Shown: piece after piece, positions 37,241 to 50,600 of the stretch
Position numbering within the stretch: the first letter of the stretch is position 1
Layout of the letters: every line of letters begins with the position of its first letter
Origin: Eledone cirrhosa
Taxonomy: Eukaryota
NCBI GenBank assembly: GCA_964016885.1
Contig: OZ024743.1
Coordinates: 135,532,001-135,596,000, forward strand
Direction of reading: 5' to 3'
DNA length: 64,000 bases
Translations under genes and position numbers: made by a program
Notes under the pieces: generated by a model
Databases searched by the model: none
Told to the model about the DNA's origin: nothing
Seen by the model: the letters and a program-made list of their open reading frames with translations, nothing else

Positions 37241-37639
37241 TTGGTGCTTGGTGCTTGGTGCTTGGTCTTTGGTGCTTGGTGTTTGGTGTTTGGTGCTTGG
37301 TGCTTGGTGCTTGGTGTTTGGTGCTTGGTGATTAGTGTTTGGTGCTTGGTGCTTGGGGTTTGGTGTTTGGTGCTTGGTGCTTGGTGTTTGGTGCTTGGTA
37401 CTTGGTGTTTGGTGCTTGGTGTTTGGTGTTTGCTGTTTGGTGTTTGGTGTTTAGTGTTTGCTGTTTGGTGTCTGCTTTTTGGTGTTTGGTGTTTGCTGTA
37501 TGGTGTTTGCTGTTTCGTGTTTGGTGTTTGCTGTTTGGTGTTTGGTGTTTGCTGTTAGGTGTTTGGTCTTTGGTGCTTGGTGTTTGGTGCTTGGTGTTTG
37601 GTGTTTGGTGCTTGGTGCTTGGTGTTTGGTGTTTGGTGC

Positions 37640-38860
37640 TTGGTGCTTGGTGCTTGGTGTTTGGTGTTTGGTGCTTGGTGTTTGGTGTTTGGTGTTTGGT
37701 GCTTGGTGTTTGGTGTTTGGTGCCTGGTGTTTGGTGTTTATTGCTTGTTGCTTGGTGCTTGGTGCTTGGTGTTTGGTGTTTGGTGCTTGGGGTTTGGTGC
37801 TGGGTGCTTGGTGTTTGGTGCTTGGTGCTTGGTGCTTGGTGCTTGGTGTTTTGTGTTTGGTGCTGGGTGCTTGGTGTTTGGTGTTTGGTGTTATATGCTT
37901 GGTGTTTGATGCTTAGTGCTTGGTGCTTGGTGTTTGGTGTTTGGTGCTTGGTGTTTGCTGCTTGGTGTTTGATGCTTGGTGCTTGGTACTTGGTGTTTGG
38001 TGCTTGGTGCTTGGTGTTTGTACTTGGTGCTTGGTGCTTGGTTTTTGGTGTTTGGTGCTTGGTGCTTGGTGCTTGGTGCTTTGTGTTTGGTGCTTGGTGT
38101 TTGGTGCTTGGTGTTTGGTGCTTGGTGCCTGCTGCTTGGTGCTTGGTGTTTGGTGTTTGGTGTTTGGGGCTTGGTGTTAGGTGTTTGGTGCTTGGTGCTT
38201 GGTGTTTGGTGTTTGGTGCTTGGTGTTTGGTGCTTGGTGCTTGGTGCTTGGTGTTTGGTGTTTGGTGATTGGTGCTTGGTGCTTGGTGTTTGGTGTTTGG
38301 TGCTTGGTGTTTGGTGTTTGGTGTTTGGTGCTTGGTGTTTGGTGTTTGGTGCCTGGTGTTTGGTGTTTATTGCTTGTTGCTTGGTGCTTGGTGTTTGGTG
38401 TTTGGTGCTTGGGGTTTGGTGCTGGGGGCTTGGTGTTTGGTGCTTGGTGCTTGGTGCTTGGTGCTTGGTGTTTCGTGTTTGGTGCTGGGTGCTTGGTGTT
38501 TCGTGTTTGGTGTTATATGCTTGGTGTTTGATGCTTAGTGCTTGGTGCTTGGTGTTTGGTGTTTGGTGCTTGGTGTTTGCTGCTTGGTGTTTGATGCTTG
38601 GTGCTTGGTACTTGGTGTTTGGTGCTTGGTGCTTGGTGTTTGTACTTGGTGCTTGGTGCTTGGTTCTTGGTGTTTGGTGCTTGGTGCTTGGTGCTTGGTG
38701 CTTTGTGTTTGGTGCTTGGTGTTTGGTGCTTGGTGTTTGGTGCTTGGTGCCTGCTGCTTGGTGCTTGGTGTTTGGTGTTTGGTGTTTGGGGCTTGGTGTT
38801 AGGTGTTTGGTGCTTGGTGCTTGGTGTTTGGTGTTTGGTGCTTGGTGTTTGGTGCTTGGT
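37640..38860. repeat. 622-bp tandem duplication
   Basis: TATATGC at 37892 and 38514; ORFs 37920..38180/38542..38802 and 37976/38598. Confidence 0.9.
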
Positions 38861-41649
38861 GCTTGGTGTTTGGTGTTTGGTGCTTGGTGTTTGGTGCTTG
38901 GTACTTGGTGCTTGGTGCTTGGTGTTAGGTGTTTGGTGCTTGGTGCTTGGTGTTTGGTTTTTGGTGCTTGGTGCTTGGTGTTTGGTGTTTGGTGCTTGCT
39001 GCTGGCTGCTTGGTGCTTGGTGATTGGTGCTTGGTGTTTGGTGCTTGGTGCTTGGTGTTTGGTGTTTGGTGTTTGGTGCTTGGTGCTTGGTGTTTGGTGC
39101 TTGGTGCTTGGTGCTGGGTGGTTGGTGTTTGGTGCTTGGTGTTTGGTGCTGGGTGCTTGGTGTTTGGTGCTTGGTGTTTGGTGCTTGGTGTTTGGTGTTT
39201 GGTGCTTGGTGCTTGGTGTTTGGTGCTTGGTTCTTGGTGTTTGGTGCTTGGTGCTTAGTGTTTGGTGCTAGGTGCTTGGGGTTTGGTGTTTGGTGCTTGG
39301 TGTTTGGTGCTTGCTGCTTGGTGTTTGGTGTTTGGTGTTTGGTGCTTGGTGCTTGGTATTTGGTGTTTTATGTTTGCTGTTTGGTGTTTGTTGTTTGGTG
39401 TTTGTTGTTTGGTGTTTGGTGTTTGCTGTTTGGTGTCTGCTTTTTGGTGTTTGGTGTTTGCTGTATGTTGTTTGCTGTTTGGTGTTTGGTGTTTGGTATT
39501 TGGTGTTTGGTGCTTGGTGCTTGGTGTTTGGTGCTTGGTGCTTGGTGTTTGGTGCCTGGTGCTTGGTGCTTGGTGTTTGGTGTTTGGTGCTTGGTGCTTG
39601 GTGCTTGGAGTTTGGTGTTTGGTGCTTGTTGCTTGGTGTTTTGTGTTTGGTTTTTGGTTTTTGGTGCTTGGTGCTTGGTGCTTGGTCCTTGGTGTTTGAT
39701 GCTGGGTGCTTTGTGTTTGGTGCTTGGTGCTTCGTGCTTGGTGTTTGGTGTGTTTACTTGGTGCTTGGTGCTTGGTGTTTGGTTCTTGGTTCTTGGTGTT
39801 TGGTACTTGGTGCTTGGTGCTTGGTGTTTGGTGCTTGGTGTTTGGTGCTTGTTGCTTGGTGTTTGGTGCTTGGTGTTTGGTGTTTGGTGCTTGGTGCTTG
39901 GTGTTTGGTGTTTGGTGTTTGGTGTTTGCTGTTTGGTGTTTGGTGTTTGCTGTTTGCTGTTTGGTGTCTGCTTTTTGGTGTTTGGTGTTTGCTGTATGGT
40001 GTTTGCTGTTTTGGTGTTTGGTGTTTGCTGTTTGGTGTTTGGTCTTTGGTGCTTGGTGTTTGGTGTTTGGTGCTTGGTGCTTGGTGCTTGGTGTTTGGTG
40101 TTTGGTGCTTGGTGTCTGGTGCTTGGTGTTTGGTGTTTGGTGTTTGGTGTTTGGTGTTTGGTGTTTGGTGCTTGGTGCTTGGTGTTTGGTGTTTGGTGCT
40201 TGGTGTTTGGTGTTTGGTGCTTGTTGCTTGGTGCTTGGTGCTTGGTGTTTGGTGCTTGGTGCTTGGTGTTTGGTGCTGGGTGCTGGGTGCTTGGTGTTTG
40301 GTGCTTGGTGCTTGGTGCTTGGTATTTGGTGCTTGGTGCTTTGTGCTTGGTCTTTGGTGCTTGGTGTTTGCTGTTTGGTGCTTGGTGCTTGGTGCTTGGT
40401 GTTTGGTGCTTGGTGATTAGTGTTTGGTGCTTGGTACTTGGTGTTTGGTGCTTGCTGTTTGGTGTTTGCTGTTTGGTGTTTGGTGTTTGGTGTTTGCTGT
40501 TTGGTGTCTGCTTTTTGGTGTTTGGTGTTTGCTGTATGGTGTCTGCTGTTTCGTGTTTGGTGTTTGCTGTTTGGTGTTTGGTGCTTGGTGCTTGGTGTTT
40601 GGTGCTTGGTGCTTGGTGCTCGGTGGTTGGTGTTTGGTGCTTGGTGTTTGGTGCTGGGTGCTTGGTGTTTGGTGCTTGGTGCTTGGTGTTTGGTGCTTGG
40701 TGTTTGGTGTTTGGTGCTTGGTGCTTGGTGTTTGGTGCTTGGTGCTTGGTGTTTGGTGCTTGGTGCTTAGTGTTTGGTGCTAGGTGCTTGGGGTTTGGTG
40801 TTTGGTGCTTGGTGTTTGGTGCTTGGTGCTTGGTGTTTGGTGTTTGGTGTTCGGTGCTTGGTGCTTGGTATTTGGTGTTTGATGTTTGCTGTTTGGTGTT
40901 TGTTGTTTGGTGTTTGTTGTTTGGTGTTTGCTGTTTGGTGTTTGGTGTTTGGTGTTTGCTGTTTGGTGTCTGCTTTTTGGTGTTTGGTGTTTGCTGTATG
41001 TTGTTTGCTGTTTGGTGATTGGTATTTGGTGTTTGGTGCTTGGTGCTTGGTGTTTGGTGCTTGGATCTTGGTGTTTGGTGCCTGGTGTTTGGTGTTTATT
41101 GCTTGTTGCTTGGTGCTTGGTGCTTGGTGTTTGGTGTTTGGTGCTTGGGGTTTGGTGCTGGGTGCTTGGTGTTTGGTGCATGGTGCTTGGTGCTTGGTGT
41201 TTGGTGTTATATGCTTGGTGTTTGATGCTTGGTGCTTGGTGCTTGGTGTTTGGTGTTTGGTGCTTGGTGTTTGATGCTTGGTGTTTGATGCTTGGTGCTT
41301 GGTGCTTGGTGTTTGGTGCTTGGTGCTTGGTGTTTGTACTTGGTGCTTGGTGCTTGGTTCTTGGTGTTTGGTGCTTGGTGCTTGGTGCTTTGTGTTTGGT
41401 GCTTGGTGCCTGCTGTTTGGTGCTTGGTGTTTGGTGTTTGGTGTTTGGTGCTTGGTGTTAGGTGTTTGGTGCTTGGTGCTTGGTGTTTGGTGTTTGGTGC
41501 TTGGTGTTTGGTGCTTGGTGCTTGGTGTTTGGTGTTTGGTGCTTGGTGTTTGGTGCTTGGTACTTGGTGCTTGGTGCTTGGTGTTAGGTGTATGGTGCTT
41601 GGTGCTTGGTGTTTGGTTTTTGGTGCTTGGTGCTTGGTGTTTGGTGTTT

Positions 41650-44600
41650 GGTGCTTGCTGCTGGCTGCTTGGTGCTTGGTGATTGGTGCTTGGTGTTTGG
41701 TGCTTGGTGTTTGGTGTTTGGTGCTAGGTGCTTGGTGCTTGGTGTTTGGTGCTTGGTGCTTGGTGTTTGGTGTTTGGTGTTTGGTGCTTGGTGCTTGGTG
41801 TTTGGTGCTTGGTGCTTGGTGCTGGGTGGTTGGTGTTTGGTGCTTGGTGTTTGGTGCTGGGTGCTTGGTGTTTGGGGCTTGGTGCTTGGTGTTTGGTGCT
41901 TGGTGTTTGGTGTTTGGTGCTTGGTGCTTGGTGTTTGGTGCTTGGTGCTTGGTGTTTGGTGCTTGGTGCTTAGTGTTTGGTGCTAGGTGCTTGGGGTTTG
42001 GTGTTTGGTGCTTGGTGTTTGGTGCTTGGTGCTTGGTGTTTGGTGTTTGGTGTTTGGTGCTTGGTGCTTGGTATTTGGTGTTTACTGTTTGCTGTTTGGT
42101 GTTTGTTGTTTGGTGTTTGTTGTTTGGTGTTTGCTGTTTGGTGTTTGCTGCTTGGTGTTTGGTGCTTGGTGCTTGATGCTTGGTGTTTTGTGTTTGGTGC
42201 TTGGTGCTTGGTGTTTGGTGCTTGGTGCTTGGTTCTAGGTGTTTGTACTTAGTGCTTGGTGTTTGGTGCTTGGTGCTTGGTGCTTGGTGTTTGGTGTTTG
42301 GTGCTTGGTTCTTGGTGCTTGGAGTTTGGTGTTTGGTGATTGTTGCTTGGTGTTTGGTGCTTGGTGCTTTGTGCTTGGTGTTTGGTGTTTGCTGCTTGGT
42401 GTTTGGTGCTTGGTGCTTGGTGCTTGGTGTTTTGAGTTTGGTGCTTGGTGCTTGGTGTTTGGTGCTTCGTGCTTGGTGCTTGGTGTTTGTACTTGGTGCT
42501 TGGTGCTTGGTGTTTGGTTCTTGGTTCTTGGTGTTTGGTACTTGGTGCTTGGTGCTTGGTGCTTGGTGTTTGGTGCTTGGTGTTTGGTGCTTGTTGCTTG
42601 GTGTTTGGTGCTTGGTGTTTGGTGTTTGGTGCTTGGTGCTTGGTGTTTGGTGTTTGGTGTTTGCTGTTTGCTGTTTGGTGTTTGGTGTTTGCTGTTTGCT
42701 GTTTGGTGTCTGCTTTTTGGTGTTTGGTGTTTGCTGTATGGTGTTTGCTGTTTTGGTGTTTGGTGTTTGCTGTATGGTGTTTGGTCTTTGGTGCTTGGTG
42801 TTTGGTGCTTGGTGCTTGGTGTTTGGTGTTTGGTGCTTGGTGTTTGGTGTTTGGTGTTTGGTGCTTGGTGCTTGGTGCTTGGTGTTTGGTGTTTGGTGTT
42901 TGGTGCTTGGTGTCTGGTGCTTGGTGCTTGGTGTTTGGTGCTTGGTGTTTGGTGTTTGGTGTTTGGTGCTTGGTGCTTGGTGTTTGGTGTTTGGTGCTTG
43001 GTGTTTGGTGTTTGGTGCTTGTTGCTTGGTGCTTGGTGCTTGGTGTTTGGTGCTTGGTGCTTGGTGTTTGGTGCTGGGTGCTGGGTGCTTGGTGTTTGGT
43101 GCTTGGTGCTTGGTGCTTGGTGTTTGGTGCTTGGTGCTTGGTGCTTGGTCTTTGGTGCTTGGTGTTTGCTGTTTGGTGCTTGGTGCTTGGTGCTTCGTGT
43201 TTGGTGCTTGGTGATTAGTGTTTGGTGCTTGGTTCTTGGGGTTTGGTGTTTGGTGCTTGGTGCTTGGTGTTTGCTGTTTGCTGTTTGGTGTTTGGTGTTT
43301 GGTGTTTGCTGTTTGGTGTCTGCTTTTTGGAGTTTGGTGTTTGCTGTATGGTGTTTGCTGTTTCGTGTTTAGTGTTTGCTGTTTGGTGTTTGGTGCTTGG
43401 TGCTTGGTGTTTGGTGCTTGGTGCTTGGTACTGGGTGGTTGGTGTTTGGTGCTTGGTGTTTGGTGCTGGGTGCTTGGTGTTTGGTGCTTGGTGCTTGGTG
43501 TTTGGTGCTTGGTGTTTGGTGTTTGGTGCTTGGTGCTTGGTGTTTGGTGCTTGGTGCCTGGTGTTTGGTGCTTGGTGCTTAGTGTTTGGTGCTAGATGCT
43601 TGGGGTTTGGTGTTTGGTGCTTGGTGTTTGGTGCTTGTTGCTTGGTGTTTGGTGTTTGGTGTTTGGTGCTTGGTGCTTGGTATTTGGTGTTTGATGTTTG
43701 CTGTTTGGTGTTTGTTGTTTGGTGTTTGTTGTTTGGTGTTTGCTGTTTGGTGTTTGGTGTTTGGTGTTTGCTGTTTGGTGTCTGCTTTTTGGTGTTTGGT
43801 GTTTGCTGTATGTTGTTTGCTGTTTGGTGTTTGGTGTTTGGTGCCTGGTGCTTGGTGCTTGGAGTTTGGTGTTTGGTGCTTGTTGCTTGGTGTTTTGTGT
43901 TTGGTGTTTGGTTTTTGGTGCTTGGTGCTTGGTGCTTGGTCCTTGGTGTTTGGTGCTGGGTGCTTTGTGTTTGGTGCTTGGTGCTTCGTGCTTGGTGTTT
44001 GGTCTTTGCTGCTTGGTGTTTGGTGTTTGGTGCTTGGTGCTTGGTATTTTGAGTTTGGTGCTTGGTGCTTGGTGTTTGGTGCTTGGTGCTTGGTGCTTGG
44101 TGTTTGTACTTGGTGCTTGGTGCTTGGTGTTTGGTTCTTGGTTCTTGGTGTTTGGTACTTGGTGCTTGGTGCTTGGTGTTTGGTGTTTGGTGCTTGGTGT
44201 TTGGTGCTTGTTGCTTGGTGTTTGGTGCTTGGTGTTTGGTGTTTGGTGCTGTGTGCTTGGTGTTTGGTGTTTGGTGTTTGCTGTTTGCTGTTTGGTGTTT
44301 GGTGTTTGGTGTTTGCTGTTTGGTGTCTGCTTTTTGGTGTTTGCTGTTTGGTGTTTGGTCTTTGGTGTTTGGTTTTTGGTGCTTGGTGCTTGGTGTTTGG
44401 TGTTTGGTGCTTGCTGCTGGCTGCTTGGTGCTTGGTGATTGGTGCTTGGTGTTTGGTGCTTGGTGTTTGGTGTTTGGTGCTAGGTGCTTGGTGCTTGGTG
44501 TTTGGTGCTTGGTGCTTGGTGTTTGGTGTTTGGTGTTTGGTGCTTGGTGCTTGGTGTTTGGTGCTTGGTGCTTGGTGCTGGGTGGTTGGTGTTTGGTGCT

Positions 44601-47600
44601 TGGTGTTTGGTGCTGGGTGCTTGGTGTTTGGTGCTTGGTGCTTGGTGTTTGGTGCTTGGTGTTTGGTGTTTGGTGCTTGGTGCTTGGTGTTTGGTGGTTG
44701 GTGCTTGGTGTCTGGTGCTTGGTGCTTGGTGTTTGGTGTTTGGTGCTTGGTGCTTGGTGTTTGGTGTTTGCTGTTTGCTGTTTGGTGTTTGTTGTTTGGT
44801 GTTTGTTGTTTGGTGTTTGCTGTTTGGTGTTTGGTGTTTGGTGTTTGCTGTTTGGTGTCTGCTTTTTGGTGTTTGGTGTTTGCTGTATGTTATTTGCTGT
44901 TTGGTGTTTGGTGTTTGGTGTTTGGTGCAGGGTGCTTGGTGTTTGGTGCTTGGTGCTTGGTGTTTGGTGCCTGGTGCTTGGTGCTTGGTGTTTGGTGTTT
45001 GGTGCTTGGAGTTTGGTGTTTGGTGCTTGCTGCTTGGTGTTTTGTGTTTGGTGTTTGGTTTTTGGTGCTTGGTGCTTAGTGTTTGGTGCTAGGTGCTTGG
45101 GGTTTGGTGTTTGGTGCTTGGTGTTTGGTGCTTGGTGCTTGGTGTTTGGTGTTTGGTGTTTGGTGCTTGGTGCTTGGTATTTGGTGTTTGCTGTTTGCTG
45201 TTTGGTGTTTGTTGTTTGGTGTTTGTTGTTTGGTGTTTGCTGTTTGGTGTTTGCTGTTTGGTGTTTGGTGCTTGGTGCTTGATGCTTGGTGTTTTGTGTT
45301 TGGTGCTTGGTGCTTGGTGTTTGGTGCTTGGTGCTTGGTGCTAGGTGTTTGTACTTGGTGCTTGGTGTTTGGTGCTTGGTGCTTGGTGCTTGGTGTTTGG
45401 TGTTTGGTGCTTGGTTCTTGGTGCTTGGAGTTTGGTGTTTGGTGCATGTTGCTTGGTGTTTGGTGCTTGGTGCTTTGTGCTTGGTGTTTGGTGTTTGCTG
45501 CTTGGTGTTTGGTGCTTGGTGCTTGGTGCTTGGTGTTTTGAGTTTGGTGCTTGGTGCTTGGTGTTTGGTGCTTGGTGCTTGGTGCTTGGTGTTTGTACTT
45601 GGTGCTTGGTGCTTGGTGTTTGGTTCTTGGTTCTTGGTGTTTGGTACTTGGTGCTTGGTGCTTGGTGCTTGGTGTTTGGTGCTTGGTGTTTGGTGCTTGT
45701 TGCTTGGTGTTTGGTGCTTGGTGTTTGGTGTTTTGTGCTTGGTGCTTGGTGTTTGGTGTTTGGTGTTTGCTGTTTGGTGTTTGGTGCTTGGTGTTTGCTG
45801 TTTGCTGTTTGGTGTCTGCTTTTTGGTGTTTGGTGTTTGCTGTATGGTGTTTGCTGTTTTGGTGTTTGGTGTTTGCTGTTTGGTGTTTGGTCTGTGGTGC
45901 TTGGTGTTTGGTGCTTGGTGCTTGGTGTTTGGTGTTTGGTGCTTGGTGTTTGGTGTTTGGTGTTTGGTGCTTGGTGCTTGGTGCTTGGTGTTTGGTGTTT
46001 GGTGTTTGGTGCTTGGTGGCTGGTGCTTGGTGCTTGGTGTTTGGTGCTTGGTGTTTGGTGTTTGGTGTTTGGTGCTTGGTGCTTGGTGTTTGGTGTTTGG
46101 TGCTTGGTGTTTGGTGTTTGGTGCTTGTTGCTTGGTGCTTGGTGCTTGGTGTTTGGTGCTTGGTGCTTGGTGTTTGGTGCTGGGTGCTGGGTGCTTGGTG
46201 TTTGGTGCTTGGTGCTTGGTGCTTGGTGTTTGTTGCTTGGTGCTTGGTGCTTGGTCTTTCGTGCTTGGTGTTTGCTGTTTGGTGCTTGGTGCTTGGTGCT
46301 TCGTGTTTGGTGCTTGGTGATTAGTGTTTGGTGCTTGGTGCTTGGGGTTTGGTGTTTGTTGCTTGGTGCTTGGTGTTTGGTGCTTGGTACTTGGTGTTTG
46401 GTTCTTGGTGTTTGGCGTTTGCTGTTTGGTGTTTGGTGTTTGGTGTTTGGTGTTTGCTGTTTGGTGTCTGCTTTTTGGTGTTTGGTGTTTGCTGTATGGT
46501 GTTTGCTGTTTCGTGTTTAGTGTTTGCTGTTTGGTGTTTGGTGCTTGGTGCCTGGTGTTTGGTGCTAGATGCTTGGGGTTTGGTGTTTGGTGCTTGGTGT
46601 TTGGTGCTTGTTGCTTGGTGTTTGGTGTTTGGTGTTTGGTGCTTGGTGCTTGGTATTTGGTGTTTGATGTTTGCTGTTTGGTGTTTGTTGTTTGGTGTTT
46701 GTTGTTTGGTGTTTGCTGTTTGGTGTTTGGTGTTTGGTGTTTGCTGTTTGGTGTCTGCTTTTTGGTGTTTGGTGTTTGCTGTATGTTGTTTGCTGTTTGG
46801 TGTTTGGTGTTTGGTATTTGGTGTTTGGTGCTTGGTGCTTGGTGTTTGGTGCTTGGATCTTGGTGTTTGGTGCCTGGTGCTTGGTGCTTGGTGTTTGGTG
46901 TTTGGTGCTTGGTGCTTGGTGCTTGGAGTTTGGTGTTTGGTGCTTGTTGCTTGGTGTTTTGTGTTTGGTGTTTGGTTTTTGGTGCTTGGTTCTTGGTGCT
47001 TGGTCCTTGGTGTTTGGTGCTGGGTGCTTTGTGTTTGGTGCTTGGTGCTTCGTGCTTGGTGTTTGGTCTTTGCTGCTTGGTGTTTGGTGTTTGGTGCTTG
47101 GTGCTTGGTGTTTTGAGTTTGGTGCTTGGTGCTTGGTGTTTGGTGCTTGGTGCTTGGTGCTTGGTGTTTGTACTTGGTGCTTGGTGCTTGGTGTTTGGTT
47201 CTTGGTTCTTGGTGTTTGGTACTTGGTGCTTGGTGCTTGGTGTTTGGTGTTTGGTGCTTGGTGTTTGGTGCTTGTTGCTTGGTGTTTGGTGCTTGGTGTT
47301 TGGTGTTTGGTGCTTGGTGCTTGGTGTTTGGTGTTTGGTGTTTGCTGTTTGCTGTTTGGTGTTTGGTGTTTGCTGTTTGCTGTTTGGTGTCTGCTTTTTG
47401 GTGTTTGGTGTTTGCTGTTTGGTGTTTGGTCTTTGGTGTTTGGTTTTTGGTGCTTGGTGCTTGGTGTTTGGTGTTTGGTGCTTGCTGCTGGCTGCTTGGT
47501 GATTGGTGATTGGTGCTTGGTGTTTGGTGCTTGGTGTTTGGTGTTTGGTGCTAGGTGCTTGGTGCTTGGTGTTTGGTGCTTGGTGCTTGGTGTTTGGTGT

Positions 47601-50600
47601 TTGGTGTTTGGTGCTTGGTGCTTGGTGTTTGGTGCTTGGTGCTTGGTGCTGGGTGGTTGGTGTTTGGTGCTTGGTGTTTGGTGCTGGGTGCTTGGTGTTT
47701 GGTGCTTGGTGCTTGGTGTTTGGTGCTTGGTGTTTGGTGTTTGGTGCTTGGTGCTTGGTGTTTGGTGTTTGGTGTTTGGTGCTTGGTGCTTGGTGTTTGG
47801 TGCTTGGTGCTTAGTGTTTGGTGCTAGGTGCTTGGGGTTTGGTGTTTGGTGCTTGGTGTTTGGTGCTTGGTGCTTGGTGTTTGGTGTTTGGTGTTTGGTG
47901 CTTGGTGCTTGGTATTTGGTGTTTGCTGTTTGCTGTTTGGTGTTTGTTGTTTGGTGTTTGTTGTTTGGTGTTTGCTGTTTGGTGTTTGATGTTTGGTGTT
48001 TGGTGCTTGGTGCTTGATGCTTGGTGTTTTGTGTTTGGTGCTTGGTGCTTGGTGTTTGGTGCTTGGTGCTTGGTGCTAGGTGTTTGTACTTGGTGCTTGG
48101 TGTTTGGTGCTTGGTGCTTGGTGCTTGGTGTTTGGTGTTTGGTGCTTGGTTCTTGGTGCTTGGAGTTTGGTGTTTGGTGCATGTTGCTTGGTGTTTGGTG
48201 CTTGGTGCTTTGTGCTTGGTGTTTGGTGTTTGCTGCTTGGTGTTTGGTGCTTGGTGCTTGGTGCTTGGTGTTTTGAGTTTGGTGCTTGGTGCTTGGTGTT
48301 TGGTGCTTGGTGCTTGGTGCTTGGTGTTTGTACTTGGTGCTTGGTGCTTGGTGTTTGGTTCTTGGTTCTTGGTGTTTGGTACTTGGTGCTTGGTGCTTGG
48401 TGCTTGGTGTTTGGTGCTTGGTGTTTGGTGCTTGTTGCTTGGTGTTTGGTGCTTGGTGTTTGGTGTTTGGTGCTTGGTGCTTGGTGTTTGGTGTTTGGTG
48501 TTTGCTGTTTGGTGTTTGGTGCTTGGTGTTTGCTGTTTGCTGTTTGGTGTCTGCTTTTTGGTGTTTGGTGTTTGCTGTATGGTGTTTGCTGTTTTGGTGT
48601 TTGGTGTTTGCTGTTTGGTGTTTGGTCTGTGGTGCTTGGTGTTTGGTGCTTGGTGCTTGGTGTTTGGTGTTTGGTGCTTGGTGTTTGGTGTTTGGTGTTT
48701 GGTGCTTGGTGCTTGGTGCTTCGTGTTTGGTGTTTGGTGTTTGGTGCTTGGTGTCTGGTGCTTGGTGCTTGGTGTTTGGTGCTTGGTGTTTGGTGTTTGG
48801 TGTTTGGTGCTTGGTGCTTGGTGCTTGGTGCTTGGTGTTTGGTGTTTGGTGCTTGGTGTTTGGTGTTTGGTGCTTGTTGCTTGGTGCTTGGTGCTTGGTG
48901 TTTGGTGCTTGGTGCTTGGTGTTTGGTGCTGGGTGCTGGGTGCTTGGTGTTTGGTGCTTGGTGCTTGGTGCTTGGTGTTTGTTGCTTGGTGCTTGGTGCT
49001 TGGTCTTTGGTGCTTGGTGTTTGCTGTTTGGTGCTTGGTGCTTGGTGCTTCGTGTTTGGTGCTTGGTGATTAGTGTTTGGTGCTTGGTGCTTGGGGTTTG
49101 GTGTTTGGTGCTTGGTGCTTGGTGTTTGGTGCTTGGTACTTGGTGTTTGGTTCTTGGTGTTTGGTGTTTGCTGTTTGGTGTTTGGTGTTTGGTGTTTGGT
49201 GTTTGCTGTTTGGTGTCTGCTTTTTGGTGTTTGGTGTTTGCTGTATGGTGTTTGCTGTTTCGTGTTTAGTGTTTGCTGTTTGGTGTTTGGTGCTTGGTGC
49301 CTGGTGTTTGGTGCTTGGTGCTTGGTGCTGGGTGGTTGGTGTTTGGTGCTTGGTGTTTGGTGCTGGGTGCTTGGTGTTTGGTGCTTGGTGCTTGGTGTTT
49401 GGTGCTTGGTGTTTGGTGTTTGGTGCTTGGTGCTTGGTGTTTGGTGCTTGGTGCCTGGTGTTTTGTGCTTGGTGCTTAGTGTTTGGTGCTAGATGCTTGG
49501 GGTTTGGTGTTTGGTGCTTGGTGTTTGGTGCTTGTTGCTTGGTGTTTGGTGCTTGGTGTTTGGTGTTTGGTGCTTGGTGCTTGGTGTTTGGTGTTTGGTG
49601 TTTGCTGTTTGCTGTTTGGTGTTTGGTGTTTGCTGTTTGCTGTTTGGTGTCTGCTTTTTGGTGTTTGGTGTTTGCTGTTTGGTGTTTGGTCTTTGGTGTT
49701 TGGTTTTTGGTGCTTGGTGCTTGGTGTTTGGTGTTTGGTGCTTGCTGCTGGCTGCTTGGTGATTGGTGATTGGTGCTTGGTGTTTGGTGCTTGGTGTTTG
49801 GTGTTTGGTGCTAGGAGCTTGGTGCTTGGTGTTTGGTGCTTGGTGCTTGGTGTTTGGTGTTTGGTGTTTGGTGCTTGGTGCTTGGTGTTTGGTGCTTGGT
49901 GCTTGGTGCTGGGTGGTTGGTGTTTGGTGCTTGGTGTTTGGTGCTGGGTGCTTGGTGTTTGGTGCTTGGTGCTTGGTGTTTGGTGCTTGGTGTTTGGTGT
50001 TTGGTGCTTGGTGCTTGGTGTCTGGTGGTTGGTGCTTGGTGTTTGGTGCTTGGTGCTTAGTGTTTGGTGCTAGGTGCTTGGGGTTTGGTGTTTGGTGCTT
50101 GGTGTTTGGTGCTTGGTGCTTGGTGTTTGGTGTTTGGTGTTTGGTGCTTGGTGCTTGGTATTTGGTGTTTGCTGTTTGCTGTTTGGTGTTTGTTGTTTGG
50201 TGTTTGTTGTTTGGTGTTTGCTGTTTGGTGTTTGCTGTTTGGTGTTTGGTGCTTGGTGCTTGATGCTTGGTGTTTTGTGTTTGGTGCTTGGTGCTTGGTG
50301 TTTGGTGCTTGGTGCTTGGTGCTAGGTGTTTGTACTTGGTGCTTGGTGTTTGGTGCTTGGTGCTTGGTGCTTGGTGTTTGGTGTTTGGTGCTTGGTTCTT
50401 GGTGCTTGGAGTTTGGTGTTTGGTGCATGTTGCTTGGTGTTTGGTGCTTGGTGCTTTGTGCTTGGTGTTTGGTGTTTGCTGCTTGGTGTTTGGTGCTTGG
50501 TGCTTGGTGCTTGGTGTTTTGAGTTTGGTGCTTGGTGCTTGGTGTTTGGTGCTTGGTGCTTGGTGCTTGGTGTTTGTACTTGGTGCTTGGTGCTTGGTGT

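Noticed and set aside
3393-50428. Minus-strand ORFs encoding (TKHQAPS/TKHQTPN)n heptads, up to 608 aa, resembling mucin or Pol II CTD-type repeats
   Set aside because: The minus strand is nearly T-free, so it is stop-poor by composition. Inherited 6-bp and 8-bp monomers, plus scattered stops in all frames, show no sign of frame-specific selection. There is no non-repetitive N- or C-terminus. Ribo-seq or proteomics would be needed to revive this idea.
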